DNA of 64,000 bases, taken from the NCBI GenBank assembly GCA_963824605.1, contig CAWGPZ010000014.1, positions 11,263 to 75,262 on the forward strand. Direction: 5' to 3'. This stretch comes from an uncultured Actinomycetota bacterium (GTDB taxonomy: Bacteria; Actinomycetota; Actinomycetes; JAHEKZ01). A program made the translations under genes and the position numbers. This document shows, in pieces, positions 30,326 through 40,713 of the stretch (positions are counted from its first letter, which is position 1; the number at the start of each line of letters is the position of its first letter). The notes beneath the pieces are model-generated. The model was not told the DNA's origin and did no database searches. It saw nothing but the letters and a program-made list of their open reading frames with translations.

Positions 30326-31144
30326 ATGGCGAACGTCTCCGCCGCTGACGTCAAGCGCCTCCGCGAGGCCACCGGCGCCGGCATGATGGATAGCAAGAAG
30401 GCCCTGGAAGAGGCCGATGGCGACTTCGACAAGGCGGTCGAGGTGCTCCGTATCAAGGGTGCCAAGAGCCTGGGCAAACGCGCTGAGCGCACGGCGGCCA
30501 ATGGACTGGTGGCATCGACCGACGGCGCGCTCATCGAGCTCAACTGTGAGACCGACTTCGTGGCCAAGAACGACCAGTTCCAGCAGCTCGGTGCTGACAT
30601 CGCCGCGGTTGCTGCTGCCACGAAGGCTCAGTCCAGCGAAGAACTTGCCGCGGCGTCACTGGCCGACGGTCAGACCGTCCAGCAAGCGGTCGATGCACTG
30701 GCGACGGTGATCGGCGAGAAGCTGGTGCTGGGCCGTGTCGCAGTGTTCGAGGGCGCGACCACGGTCTACCTGCACAAGCGCGCCAGCGACCTGCCTCCCT
30801 CGGTGGGCGTGTTGGTGGCCTTCGACGGTGACGACGCCGATGCCGCTCGAGGCGCCGCCATGCAGGTCGCCGCCATGCGTCCGCAGTACGTGAGCCGCGA
30901 TGAGATCCCGGCTGACGTCGTCGAGAACGAGCGTCGTATCGCCGAGGCGACCGCTCGTGAGGAAGGAAAGCCCGAGGCGGCACTTCCGAAGATCACCGAG
31001 GGGCGGGTCACCGGCTTCTACAAGCAGGTCGTCCTCCTCGAGCAGCCGAGCGTGCAGGATCAGAAGAAGACAGTCCAGCAGGTTCTCACCGATGCCGGCG
31101 TCACGCTGACTCGCTTCGCCCGCTTCGAGGTGGGCCAGGTCTGA
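30326..31144 (+). CDS. tsf: elongation factor Ts
   Basis: ATG with [28 protein letters not shown]. Confidence 0.95.
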   Translation: MANVSAADVKRLREATGAGMMDSKKALEEADGDFDKAVEVLRIKGAKSLGKRAERTAANGLVASTDGALIELNCETDFVAKNDQFQQLGADIAAVAAATKAQSSEELAAASLADGQTVQQAVDALATVIGEKLVLGRVAVFEGATTVYLHKRASDLPPSVGVLVAFDGDDADAARGAAMQVAAMRPQYVSRDEIPADVVENERRIAEATAREEGKPEAALPKITEGRVTGFYKQVVLLEQPSVQDQKKTVQQVLTDAGVTLTRFARFEVGQV

Positions 31145-31192
31145 CTTCTCGCCCTTGAGCCCGACAACGCCGAACCGAGCAAGGAGCCGTCG

Positions 31193-31942
31193 ATGAGTCA
31201 GGAACATCCAGCCCCGACTCCGGAGGTCGAGGGCTACCAGCGTGTCCTGCTCAAGCTCTCCGGTGAGGCGTTCGCCGGCGATGGCGGCCTTGGCGTCGAT
31301 CCTGACGTGGTGGCAGCAATCGCCCGACAGATCTCAGACGTCGTGGGCACCGGCGCCCAGGTGGCCGTGGTGATCGGTGGCGGCAACTACTTCCGTGGCG
31401 CCGAGCTCTCCCAGCGCGGCATGGACCGATCCCGCGCTGACTACATGGGGATGCTCGGCACCGTCATGAACTGTCTGGCGCTCCAGGACTTCCTCGAGAA
31501 GCGTGGAGTCGAGACCCGCGTCCAGACGGCAATCACGATGGGTCAGGTGGCCGAACCGTACGTACCCAGGCGAGCAATCCGCCACCTCGAGAAAGGCCGG
31601 GTCGTGATCTTCGGGGCTGGCCTCGGTGCGCCGTACTTCTCCACGGACACGACGGCAGCACAGCGGGCGCTGGAGGTCTCGGCTGAAGTGGTGCTCATGG
31701 CCAAGAGTGTCGACGGTGTCTACGACGCCGATCCGAAGACGCATGCCGATGCGGTGCGTTATGAGCGGCTCAGCTTCGACGAGGCTCTGGCGCGTGAGCT
31801 GAAGGTCGCCGACGCGACGGCGTTCAGCCTCTGTCGAGACAACGCACTGCCCATCATCGTGTTCAACCTCCTTGAGGAGGGCAACATCGCTCGTGCCGTT
31901 CGAGGTGAGAAGATCGGGACGCTTGTGGCGCAGGACATCTGA
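31193..31942 (+). CDS. pyrH: UMP kinase
   Basis: [10 protein letters not shown]...[11 protein letters not shown]. Confidence 0.95.
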   Translation: MSQEHPAPTPEVEGYQRVLLKLSGEAFAGDGGLGVDPDVVAAIARQISDVVGTGAQVAVVIGGGNYFRGAELSQRGMDRSRADYMGMLGTVMNCLALQDFLEKRGVETRVQTAITMGQVAEPYVPRRAIRHLEKGRVVIFGAGLGAPYFSTDTTAAQRALEVSAEVVLMAKSVDGVYDADPKTHADAVRYERLSFDEALARELKVADATAFSLCRDNALPIIVFNLLEEGNIARAVRGEKIGTLVAQDI

Positions 31943-31959
31943 GGAGAAGGTGGAAGTCG

Positions 31960-32517
31960 ATGATCGCTGAGACCATGCATGAGGCCGAGGAGAAGATGGC
32001 CAAAGCCGTTGCGGTGGCGAAAGAGGACTTCTCGTCCATCCGCACCGGACGCGCCAACCCCGCCATGTTCAACAAGATCCTGGCCGACTACTACGGCACA
32101 CCGACGCCGGTCAACCAGCTCGCCTCATTTCATTCACCCGAGCCGAGCCAGATGATCGTGACTCCCTACGACAAGGGTGCGCTCGCCGCCATCGAGAAGG
32201 CGATCCGCGACTCAGATCTGGGAGTGAACCCGGTCGATGACGGAGCGATCATTCGCATCTCGTTTCCTCCCTTGACCGAGGAACGGCGCAAGGAGTTCAT
32301 CAAGGTCGCCAAGCACAAGGCAGAAGATGCGCGGGTAGCCACGCGAAACGTTCGCCGTCACGCCAAGGATCACTTGGACAAGCTCCAGAAGGACGGCGAG
32401 GTCGGCGAGGACGACGTACGTCGTGCCGAGAAGCAGCTCGATGACATGACGCACAAGTTCACCGGCCAAGTCGACGACCTGCTCAAGCACAAGGAAGCTG
32501 AGCTTCTCGAGGTCTGA
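31960..32517 (+). CDS. frr: ribosome recycling factor
   Basis: 185 aa. Typical Frr sequence [12 protein letters not shown]. Confidence 0.95.
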   Translation: MIAETMHEAEEKMAKAVAVAKEDFSSIRTGRANPAMFNKILADYYGTPTPVNQLASFHSPEPSQMIVTPYDKGALAAIEKAIRDSDLGVNPVDDGAIIRISFPPLTEERRKEFIKVAKHKAEDARVATRNVRRHAKDHLDKLQKDGEVGEDDVRRAEKQLDDMTHKFTGQVDDLLKHKEAELLEV

Positions 32518-33383
32518 TGACAGATCCGTCGGCGTCGCCGGAGGGGGCGGTTGACGCCCCTGCGGCGGAGAAGAAGCGGAAGGCCGGGCGAAACGTTCCG
32601 GTGGCCACGGCTGTGGGCGCCTCGATGGCGGCCCTGGTGCTGGTCACGCTCTACACGGCCACCTGGCTCTTCGTCGCTCTCGTCGCGATCGCGGTCATGG
32701 TGGCCGTCTACGAGGTGTGCGTGGTACTTGCGGGGCGGGGCATCGATGTGCCTGTGGTGCCTCTGATGGTGGGTGGGGCCGTGATGGTGGTGGCCGCCTA
32801 TGCCGACGGAACCGATGCGTTGACGGTGGCGATGGTGCTCACTGTCGTCGCCATGGCTGCGGCCCGACTCGCCGGGGCCGCGAACGACCGCGTCGGACGG
32901 GACATGGTCGTTGGGGCCTTCGTCGCGGTCTACGTGCCGCTGCTAGCGGCCGCAGCGGTGCTCATGGCGGACGCCGACGACGGCGCTGATCGCGTGGTCG
33001 TGTTCATCTTGGCCGTTGTCCTCAGTGACACCGGAGGGTTCGCCGCCGGCGTCCGGTTCGGTCGACACCCGATGGCGCCCTCGGTGAGCCCGAAGAAGTC
33101 ATGGGAAGGCCTCGCGGGCTCACTGGTGGCAGCAACGGTCGGGTCGGCCATCGCCGTTCCGCTGCTGCTGGGTGCCACCTGGTGGCAAGGGGTGCTCGTC
33201 GGCCTCGTTGCGGTGGCCACCGCCAGCGCCGGCGATCTGGCTGAGTCACTGCTCAAGCGCGACCTCGGCGTCAAGGATATGGGCAGGCTGCTCCCAGAGC
33301 ACGGCGGGATCATGGACCGTCTCGACTCGCTGCTTCCCACGGCTCCCGTCATGGCCCTGGTCCTGGCAGCCATTGCGGGGTGA
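32517..33383 (+). CDS. cdsA: phosphatidate cytidylyltransferase
   Basis: Multi-TM protein. C-terminal CTP-transferase motif SLLKRDLGVKDMGRLLPEHGGIMDRLDS. Confidence 0.88.
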   Translation: MTDPSASPEGAVDAPAAEKKRKAGRNVPVATAVGASMAALVLVTLYTATWLFVALVAIAVMVAVYEVCVVLAGRGIDVPVVPLMVGGAVMVVAAYADGTDALTVAMVLTVVAMAAARLAGAANDRVGRDMVVGAFVAVYVPLLAAAAVLMADADDGADRVVVFILAVVLSDTGGFAAGVRFGRHPMAPSVSPKKSWEGLAGSLVAATVGSAIAVPLLLGATWWQGVLVGLVAVATASAGDLAESLLKRDLGVKDMGRLLPEHGGIMDRLDSLLPTAPVMALVLAAIAG

Positions 33384-33393
33384 GAGAGCCCCG

Positions 33394-34050
33394 ATGGTGG
33401 ATGATGACGGCATGACTTTGGCAGCGAAGGCGCCCGACGAGCGTCGTCGACGGATTCTCGCTGCCGCGATCGCGGTGCTGCGCGATCGCGGTTTCTCGGG
33501 CACGCGGGTGGCCGACATCGCCGAGACGGCCGGCACGAGTCCGGCTTTGGTCCTGTACCACTTCAGCAGTCTCGCTGACGTCCTTGTTGCCGCGCTCGAA
33601 TCGGTCGAGGACGACTACTACGCGCAGCTGGCCGCCTTCAACGACTCCGAGCCGATCGACCGGCTGGTTCGTATGGCCCTTCTGTCGACCGAAAGTGGCC
33701 CAGCCTTCGGTGACTGGAAGCTCTGGCTCGAGGTCTGGGTGAGGGGCCTCCACGACGAGCGGATCGATGAACTGCGGCGAGCTTCTGACGAACGTGGGCG
33801 CGAAGCGGTCCTGGAGGTCGTTGCCGCCGGCGTTGCGTCGGGCGAGTTCACCGTCGAAGACCCGGCTCGCACGACGCTTCGCCTCACCAGCCTGATGGAC
33901 GGACTGGCCGTCCAAGCAGTACTTGGCGGCTCCGGTCTCACACCGGAGGGCTTGGCCGGTGAGTGGCTGACCGGAGTTGCCTGCGAGCTTGGGCTCGATC
34001 CACGCCAACTCGTCGAGCGAGCAAGGGCGGCTGTTGCCAATGGCTCCTGA
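33394..34050 (+). CDS. TetR-family transcriptional regulator
   Basis: HTH: [40 protein letters not shown]. The ORF track extends upstream artifactually. Confidence 0.8.
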   Translation: MVDDDGMTLAAKAPDERRRRILAAAIAVLRDRGFSGTRVADIAETAGTSPALVLYHFSSLADVLVAALESVEDDYYAQLAAFNDSEPIDRLVRMALLSTESGPAFGDWKLWLEVWVRGLHDERIDELRRASDERGREAVLEVVAAGVASGEFTVEDPARTTLRLTSLMDGLAVQAVLGGSGLTPEGLAGEWLTGVACELGLDPRQLVERARAAVANGS

Positions 34051-34066
34051 ACCGGGCCAGCTCACG

Positions 34067-35158
34067 ATGATCGCGCCTCGTCGAGGTAAACCGCCTCGCC
34101 ATCTCGCCGATCTCGACATGGCCGCCCGCCGTGAATGGGTCCGCGAGCTGGGCTACCCGCCCTTCCGAGCCGACCAGCTGTCGCGTCACTACTTCGAGCG
34201 CTTGGTGAACCGCGCCGATGACATGACGGACCTGCCTTCCTCCGGTCGCGGCGAGCTCGTCGGCACCGTTTTTCCCGAGCTTCTGACCCCTGTGCGCAGT
34301 CTGTCCTGCGACGACGGAGCAACGGTGAAGAACGTCGTGCGGCTCTTCGACGGGGCCATGGTCGAAAGCGTTCTCATGCGCTATCCCGGACGCACCACCA
34401 TGTGTGTCTCCTCGCAGGCAGGCTGCGGCATGAACTGCCCGTTCTGTGCGACGGGCCAGGCCGGATTGACCAGGAACATGTCGACGGCGGAGATCGTCGA
34501 ACAGGTGGTTGCTGGCGCCCGCATGCTGGCAGCCGGCGAGGTGGCCGGCGGCGCCGGCCGGGTGTCGAACGTCGTCTTCATGGGGATGGGTGAACCCCTG
34601 GCCAACTATCGATCGGTCATGGATGCAGTTCGGCGCATCACCGAGCCGACGCCCGCCGGGCTCGGCATCTCTGCTCGGTCGGTGACGGTGTCGACGGTCG
34701 GGTTGGTTCCAGCGATGGAACGTTTGACCGGCGAGGGCATACCAGTGACGCTGGCGCTGTCACTGCACGCGCCCGACGACGACCTCCGCAACACGCTCGT
34801 CCCGCTGAACACGCGGTACTCCGTCGACGAAGTGTTGGCCGCAGCATGGTCGTACGCCGACGTCACCGGGCGCCGGGTCTCGATCGAGTACGCGTTGATT
34901 CGCGACATCAATGACCAGCGCTGGCGCGCCCACCTGCTGGGTTCGATGCTCAAGAACCGACTCGTGCACGTCAACGTGATCCCGTTGAACCCCACTCCCG
35001 GATCGAAGTGGACGGCATCGACGCCCGAGGCCGAGCGCACGTTCGTGCGGACGCTCGAAGATCATGGAGTCGCGGTAACGGTTCGCGACACCCGCGGACG
35101 CGAGATCGACGGGGCGTGCGGACAGCTGGCCACTTCCACGGTGGCCGAGGAGGCCAGC
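34067..35158 (+). CDS. rlmN: 23S rRNA (adenine2503-C2)-methyltransferase RlmN (radical SAM). No in-frame stop before the downstream channel gene.
   Basis: CxxxCxxC: [13 protein letters not shown]-terminal GACGQL motif. The frame continues without a stop into the next feature; the end coordinate is the last codon before that gene's ATG. Confidence 0.82.
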
Positions 35159-35727
35159 ATGAGTGAGTCGCAGCAACAGCGGCAGCATCAGCCGGCGCGG
35201 CCGGCCCAGGCAGCCGATGCCCGAACTGTCGTGGCCTCTCTCGCGCGCACTGCGCTGGCAGTTGCCGCACTGCTCTTCGTGTACTTTCTCCTGCCCCTCA
35301 CCGACCGCGACAACGTCCCGGTCGGTGTTGCGGTCGTGGTGGTGGGCATGTCGGTGTTTGGGGCCATCTTTGTTCGGCAGCTTCGACAGATCCGAAAGGC
35401 GGAGTTCCCCGTGCTCAGGGCGGTCGAGGCGATCGCGCTGGTGGCGACCCTGTTCGTGGTCGTGATGGCGAGCGTCCACTACGGCATCGCCGAGACCACG
35501 CCGATTCCTACAGCGAGGTGATGAGTCGTCTTGACGCCCTGTACTTCACCGTCACCACTCTTGCCACGGTCGGCTTCGGCGACATCACGCCGACCTCGGA
35601 CGTCGCGCGGGCGGTGACCACCGTCCAGATGGTCATGGGCGTCGTGCTTCTGGGTGTCGGCGTGCGCCTCCTGGTGAGCGTCGCCCAGAAAGCAGCTGAG
35701 GAGCGCCGCGGCTCCGGAGGCCAGTAG
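35159..35727 (+). pseudogene. K+-channel-like membrane protein (TVGFGD selectivity filter). N-terminal TM part is in-frame with rlmN; the pore/C-terminal part is shifted by one frame.
   Basis: TM helices ([47 protein letters not shown]) are in rlmN's frame up to a TGA at 35516-35518. The pore helix plus filter SRLDALYFTVTTLATVGFGDITP and a further TM are in another frame (ORF 35518-35727). Junction near 35480-35515. Confidence 0.55.
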
Positions 35728-35780
35728 CCCGTCCGGCATAGAGAATTGGATACAATCTCCACTTCTACTCTGGAGGTGTG

Positions 35781-36917
35781 ATGCCGGGCGCTCTCGACGG
35801 GGTGGTGATTGCCGACTTCAGCCGAGTGCTGGCTGGCCCCTACGCCACCATGCTCTTGGCCGACCTGGGCGCGGAGGTGGTCAAGGTCGAGCGCCCGGGT
35901 GTCGGCGACGACACCCGCGCATGGGGTCCACCCTGGCGGGGCGAGCAGTCCACCTACTTCTCCTCGGTCAACCGCAACAAGGACTCGGTGGTCGTCGACC
36001 TGGCGACCGATTCCGGCCGGCGGCAGGCCCGCGAGCTGGCAGCCCGCTCAGACGTTCTCGTCGAGAACTTCAAGCCAGGGGCGTTCGAGCGACTGGGCCT
36101 GGGGTTCGACGACCTCGCTGTGGTGAACCCCGGTCTTGTGTACTGCTCCATCACCGGCTTCGGGACTGAGGGCGGCGCCGAGCTGCCTGGCTACGACTTG
36201 TTGGTGCAGGCTGTGGGAGGCCTGATGAGCGTGACGGGGACCTCACCGGATGAACCGACCAAGGTGGGCGTCGCCCTGGTCGACGTGATCACCGGGCTCC
36301 ACGCCACGGTCGGCATCTTGGCGGCCCTCCACGAACGGGCATCGAGCGGGCGTGGCCAGCGCGTCGAGGTGAACCTCCTGTCGTCGCTGCTGTCAGGCAT
36401 GGTGAACCAGTCGGCCGGGTTCGTCGGCGCCGGTTTCGTGCCGCAGATCATGGGCAACCGGCATCCCAGCATCGCTCCCTATGAGTCGTATCCCACCGCC
36501 GATGCACCACTGGTCATCGCGGTCGGCAACGATCGCCAGTTCCGTGCCTGCGCGACTGTGCTGGGGTGTCCCGAGTGGGCAGACGACCCGCGGTTTGCGA
36601 CGAACCCAAGCCGGGTGCAGCACCGCGGAGAGCTCTACGACGTGATGTGTGAGCGTCTTGCGTCGGCCGGGGCCGAACACTGGTTCGAGCGGCTGTCGAG
36701 CGTGGGGGTTCCGGCCGGGCCGATCAACGACATGGCCGGAGCTTTCGCCCTTGCCGAGCGACTGGGGCTGGCCCCCGTCGCCGAGGTCGACGGGGTGCCA
36801 ACTGTCGCCAACCCGATTCGCTTGGGGCGGACGCCGATCAGCTACCGCTCAGCGCCACCAGAACTCGGCGTCAGCACGTCCGATCGGCTGTCGGCCGTCA
36901 TCAAGGAACGACCATGA
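35781..36917 (+). CDS. CoA-transferase family III (CaiB/BaiF) protein
   Basis: VIADFSRVLAGPYATMLLADLGAEVVKVE N-terminus. Catalytic Asp region LVDVITG. Confidence 0.85.
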   Translation: MPGALDGVVIADFSRVLAGPYATMLLADLGAEVVKVERPGVGDDTRAWGPPWRGEQSTYFSSVNRNKDSVVVDLATDSGRRQARELAARSDVLVENFKPGAFERLGLGFDDLAVVNPGLVYCSITGFGTEGGAELPGYDLLVQAVGGLMSVTGTSPDEPTKVGVALVDVITGLHATVGILAALHERASSGRGQRVEVNLLSSLLSGMVNQSAGFVGAGFVPQIMGNRHPSIAPYESYPTADAPLVIAVGNDRQFRACATVLGCPEWADDPRFATNPSRVQHRGELYDVMCERLASAGAEHWFERLSSVGVPAGPINDMAGAFALAERLGLAPVAEVDGVPTVANPIRLGRTPISYRSAPPELGVSTSDRLSAVIKERP

Positions 36918-37642
36918 CACGGCCGGGCTTCCGCCGCCCCCCCACCGCTCAGGAGGCGGTGTTGGGCGAACTGCGGCTGGCAATCGTCAGCGGCGAGCTT
37001 CGCCCGGGCGAACAGGTGCTGCAGGACGCCCTCGCCGAACGTTTTGGGGTCTCCCGGGTACCGCTCCGTGAGGCACTGAAGATCCTGGAGGGTGAGGGCC
37101 AGGTGATCTATCGGCCCCACCGCGGGTACTTCGTGGCTGAGCTCGACCTCAACGACCTTCGCGAGGTGTACAGGATCCGCGACCTGCTGGAGTCCGAGGC
37201 GGTGCGGGTGGCAGTTCCGCAGATCACCTCCGACGAGATGTCAGCCTTGGCCGTGGCCCTGGAAGACGTGGAGAAGGCATCGGCCGCCGACGACCTCGTC
37301 GGCATGGCCGCGGCCAACCGGCGATTCCACTTCGGTCTCATCGAAGCAGCGCGGATGCCCAGACTCCTGCGGCTGGTCAGGGTGCTCTGGGACGCCACCG
37401 ACGTCTACCGGTCGCTGTACTACGCCGAGGGTGCTCATCGCGAGGCCGTGCATGACGAGCATCGCCAGACACTGGACGCGGTGCGGCTCGGTGACGCCGA
37501 TCGCGCGGTGGCTCTGCTCCGCCATCACCGGGAGCGAGCCGTGGCCACCCTCGAGCGGGTCCTCCCCGGTCCGTCGGCGGGCGGGCCGGACGTTGGTCCG
37601 GCGTCTCGCAGGCGCTCTGCTGACGCTCGCTGTCAGCGGTAG
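36914..37642 (+). CDS. GntR-family transcriptional regulator (FCD type)
   Basis: HTH ELRLAIVSGELRPGEQVLQDALAERFGVSRVPLREAL. FCD C-terminal domain. Confidence 0.85.
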   Translation: MTRPGFRRPPTAQEAVLGELRLAIVSGELRPGEQVLQDALAERFGVSRVPLREALKILEGEGQVIYRPHRGYFVAELDLNDLREVYRIRDLLESEAVRVAVPQITSDEMSALAVALEDVEKASAADDLVGMAAANRRFHFGLIEAARMPRLLRLVRVLWDATDVYRSLYYAEGAHREAVHDEHRQTLDAVRLGDADRAVALLRHHRERAVATLERVLPGPSAGGPDVGPASRRRSADARCQR

Positions 37643-38799
37643 GCGGCAAGCCCTGTCACGGCCTGGCCCACCACGAGCGTGTGGATCTCCTCGGTGCCTT
37701 CGTAGGTCAGAACCGACTCGAGGTTGTTGGCGTGGCGCATGATCGGGTACTCGAGGGTGATGCCGTTGGCACCGAGGATCGTGCGCGACTCACGGGCGAT
37801 CGCCATGGCTTCGCGGACGTTGTTCAGTTTGCCCACTGACACCATCTCTGGCGTGATCGTCCCGGCGTCCTTGAGGCGACCGAGGTGCAAGGCCAGGAGG
37901 AAGGCCTTGTCGAGCTCGACGGTCATGTCAGCGAGCTTCTTCTGAGTGAGCTGGAAGCCAGCGATCGGCTTGCCGAACTGTTCCCGGTTGATCGAGTAGT
38001 CGATGGCGGTCTCGAGGCAGTCGCGCGCCGCGCCGACCACGCCGAAGACGATGCCGAAGCGGGCCTCGGACAGGCACGAGAGCGGTCCCTTGAGGCCAGA
38101 CACCTCGGGCAGGACGGCGGAGTCGGGGAGACGAACGTTCTCGAGGACCAGTTCGCTCGTGATCGATGCGCGCAGGCTGAGCTTGCTCTTGATCACAGGT
38201 GCGCTGAATCCGGGGGAGTCTGTCGGCACCACGAATCCGCGAATGCCCTCGTCAGTTTGTGCCCACACCACGGCGACGTCGGCGACAGCGCCGTTGGTGA
38301 TCCACATCTTGGTGCCGTTGAGGACCCAGTCGGTGCCGTCCCGCTTGGCGGAGGTGCGCATGCCGGAGGGGTTGGATCCGAAGTCGGGCTCGGTCAGCCC
38401 GAAGCAGCCGATCTTCTCGCCCGATGCCATTCCCGGGAGCCATTCCTGCTTCTGCTCTTCGCTGCCCCACTTCCACAGGGCGAACATCGCCAACGATCCC
38501 TGCACGCTCACCAGGGAGCGGATGCCGGAGTCGACGGCCTCGAGCTCGAGGCAGGCCAGCCCGTACGCCACTGCGCTCGTGCCCGAGCACCCGTACCCGT
38601 CGAGATGCATGCCCAGCACCCCCAGGTCGCCGAGCTCGCGGGCGAGCTCGCGAGCGGGGATGGTGCCTGACTCGAACCACTCAGCGATGTGGGGTCGCAA
38701 GCGGTCAGCGCCGAAGGTGTGAACGGTGTCGCGAATCGCTCTCTCCTCGTCATCGAGGAGGGTGTCGGTGGCGATCAGGTCGAGCGGGCGAACCGGCAT
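37633..38799 (-). CDS. acyl-CoA dehydrogenase (glutaryl-CoA dehydrogenase-like)
   Basis: 388 aa. ACAD N/M/C domains. Catalytic region YEGTEEIHTLVVGQAVTG. Confidence 0.9.
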   Translation of the reverse strand: MPVRPLDLIATDTLLDDEERAIRDTVHTFGADRLRPHIAEWFESGTIPARELARELGDLGVLGMHLDGYGCSGTSAVAYGLACLELEAVDSGIRSLVSVQGSLAMFALWKWGSEEQKQEWLPGMASGEKIGCFGLTEPDFGSNPSGMRTSAKRDGTDWVLNGTKMWITNGAVADVAVVWAQTDEGIRGFVVPTDSPGFSAPVIKSKLSLRASITSELVLENVRLPDSAVLPEVSGLKGPLSCLSEARFGIVFGVVGAARDCLETAIDYSINREQFGKPIAGFQLTQKKLADMTVELDKAFLLALHLGRLKDAGTITPEMVSVGKLNNVREAMAIARESRTILGANGITLEYPIMRHANNLESVLTYEGTEEIHTLVVGQAVTGLAAYR

Positions 38800-38881
38800 G
38801 CGGGCTCCAGGGGGATCCAGGGCGGGTCAAGGATTGGATCCAATATACCACCGGCTGCTGGCGGCCCAACGGCCCCGACCA

Positions 38882-39286
38882 CTACTCGGCGATCACGTAG
38901 AGCTTCCGCACCGTCTCGAGGATGTCCCAGCGCCCCGACCAGCCCTTGGGAAGTGTCAACACATCACCGGCCGCCAGCTCGACCGACGAACCGTCGCCGT
39001 CGGTGAGCCGAGCCCGTCCGGCCAGGATCTGCACGGTCTCATGATCGGGTCGGTTGTCGATCGCCCAGCCGCCGGGGGTGCACTCCCAGACGCCCACCTG
39101 AATCCCGTTGCCCTCGAAGAAGATCCGACCGCTCATCCGCGGCTCACCGCTGTCGGCTCCTGCTCGCGGACCCCAGTCGTCGAGCTCGGCAGTGAGCTCG
39201 GACTGGGTGTTGGCGGTCAGCGGGGGTGTAGTCACGGGTGTTTCCTCTCGGGACATGTGTCGCGGGGTTCGCGCTTGCTCCATCAT
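38882..39286 (-). CDS. cupin-domain protein (DUF861-like)
   Basis: 134 aa. Cupin beta-barrel signature. Start uncertain (alternative at 39256). Confidence 0.6.
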   Translation of the reverse strand: MMEQARTPRHMSREETPVTTPPLTANTQSELTAELDDWGPRAGADSGEPRMSGRIFFEGNGIQVGVWECTPGGWAIDNRPDHETVQILAGRARLTDGDGSSVELAAGDVLTLPKGWSGRWDILETVRKLYVIAE

Positions 39287-39399
39287 GGACTCTCGCGCAC
39301 TGGCGCGTCACGAGTCCCGGCTTTCGCCCCAGTGCCATGATGCCGCGTGATGACCTGCCTGAAGACGTGAGTCGGCTGGCCGACGCAGGAGGAGTTCTG

Positions 39400-40713
39400 A
39401 TGACAGACCGCCCGTTGACCGTTCTCTTCCTTCCCGAGTCGGCATATGGCCCGACCGGCAACTGCATCGGCATCGGTGATGTCCTGCTGCGTCGTGGACA
39501 TCGAGTGGTGTTCGCGGCCGAGGCGAGCTGGAAGGGAAAGCTGGAGCCCTTGGGTTTCGTGGAGGATCTCGTCGATCTCGCACCGCCCCCTGACGGCGGC
39601 GACGACTCAGATCCCGGCGCCTTCTGGAAGGAGTTCATCCGAGACACGTCGCCGGAGTTCCGCAAGCCGACTGTCGAGCAGCTCGAGACCTTCATCGCGC
39701 CAACATTTCAGGCGTTGATCGACGGTGCGAAGTACTGCGAGCCCCACCTGCGTGAGATCGTCGCGCGCCAGCAGCCGGATGTCATCGTTGAGGACAACGT
39801 GGTGATCTTCCCGGCGCTCACGACTGCTGACGCAGCGTTCGTGCGGATCGTCAGCTGCAACCCCCTTGAAGTCAGAGGTTCGGATGTTGCGCCGACCTTT
39901 TCCGGGTTGGCTGCCGACGACCGCAGCGAATGGCAGGCATTCCGTGCCGAGTACGAGCGGACGCATCACCAGATGTGGAGCGACTTCAACGACTTCGTCG
40001 TGTCGTGCGGCGCCGACCCTCTTCCGTACCTCGATTTCATGCCGGCTTCCACGCACGCCAACCTCTACGTGTTTCCAGAGGAGGCGGACTATGTCGATCG
40101 CCGGCCGCTCGACGACACCTGGCACCGGGTCGACTCGTCGGTGCGTTCGACAGACGACCCCTTCGAGCTTCCCGCTGCCCTGGCAGAACGCCCTGATGGT
40201 TCTGCGCTTGTCTACCTTTCCCTGGGCTCGCTCGGCAGCGCCGACGTCGACCTGATGAAGCGCCTGATCGATGTTCTTGGTCACACACCTCACCGGTTCA
40301 TCGTGAGCAAGGGGCCGCAGCATGCTGAGTACGAGTTGGCGTCGAACATGTGGGGTGCTGAGTTCTTGCCGCAGACGTCACTCATGCCGCTGGTCGATCT
40401 GGTCATCACCCACGGAGGCAACAACACCACGACTGAGGCGCTGCACTTCGGCAAGCCGATGGTGCTGCTGCCGCTCTTCTGGGATCAGTACGACAACGCC
40501 CAGCGCATGGATGAACGTGGCTTTGGGCGACGACTGCGTACCTATGAGTTCACCGCCGACGAGTTGACGGGTGCAGTCGACGGCCTCTTGGCCGATACCG
40601 ATCTGCGTTCTCGTATGGACGCCATGGGGTCAGCCATCCGGGCCCGTCGCGGCAAGGAGCGAGCTGCGGACGTCATTGAGCGAGTGGCGCAGAAGCATCG
40701 TGCCGGCAGTTGA
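39400..40713 (+). CDS. GT1-family glycosyltransferase (MGT / UDP-glycosyltransferase-like)
   Basis: ATG with AGGAGGAG RBS. C-terminal nucleotide-sugar motif HGGNNTTTEALHFGKPMVLLPLFWDQYDNA. Confidence 0.8.
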   Translation: MTDRPLTVLFLPESAYGPTGNCIGIGDVLLRRGHRVVFAAEASWKGKLEPLGFVEDLVDLAPPPDGGDDSDPGAFWKEFIRDTSPEFRKPTVEQLETFIAPTFQALIDGAKYCEPHLREIVARQQPDVIVEDNVVIFPALTTADAAFVRIVSCNPLEVRGSDVAPTFSGLAADDRSEWQAFRAEYERTHHQMWSDFNDFVVSCGADPLPYLDFMPASTHANLYVFPEEADYVDRRPLDDTWHRVDSSVRSTDDPFELPAALAERPDGSALVYLSLGSLGSADVDLMKRLIDVLGHTPHRFIVSKGPQHAEYELASNMWGAEFLPQTSLMPLVDLVITHGGNNTTTEALHFGKPMVLLPLFWDQYDNAQRMDERGFGRRLRTYEFTADELTGAVDGLLADTDLRSRMDAMGSAIRARRGKERAADVIERVAQKHRAGS

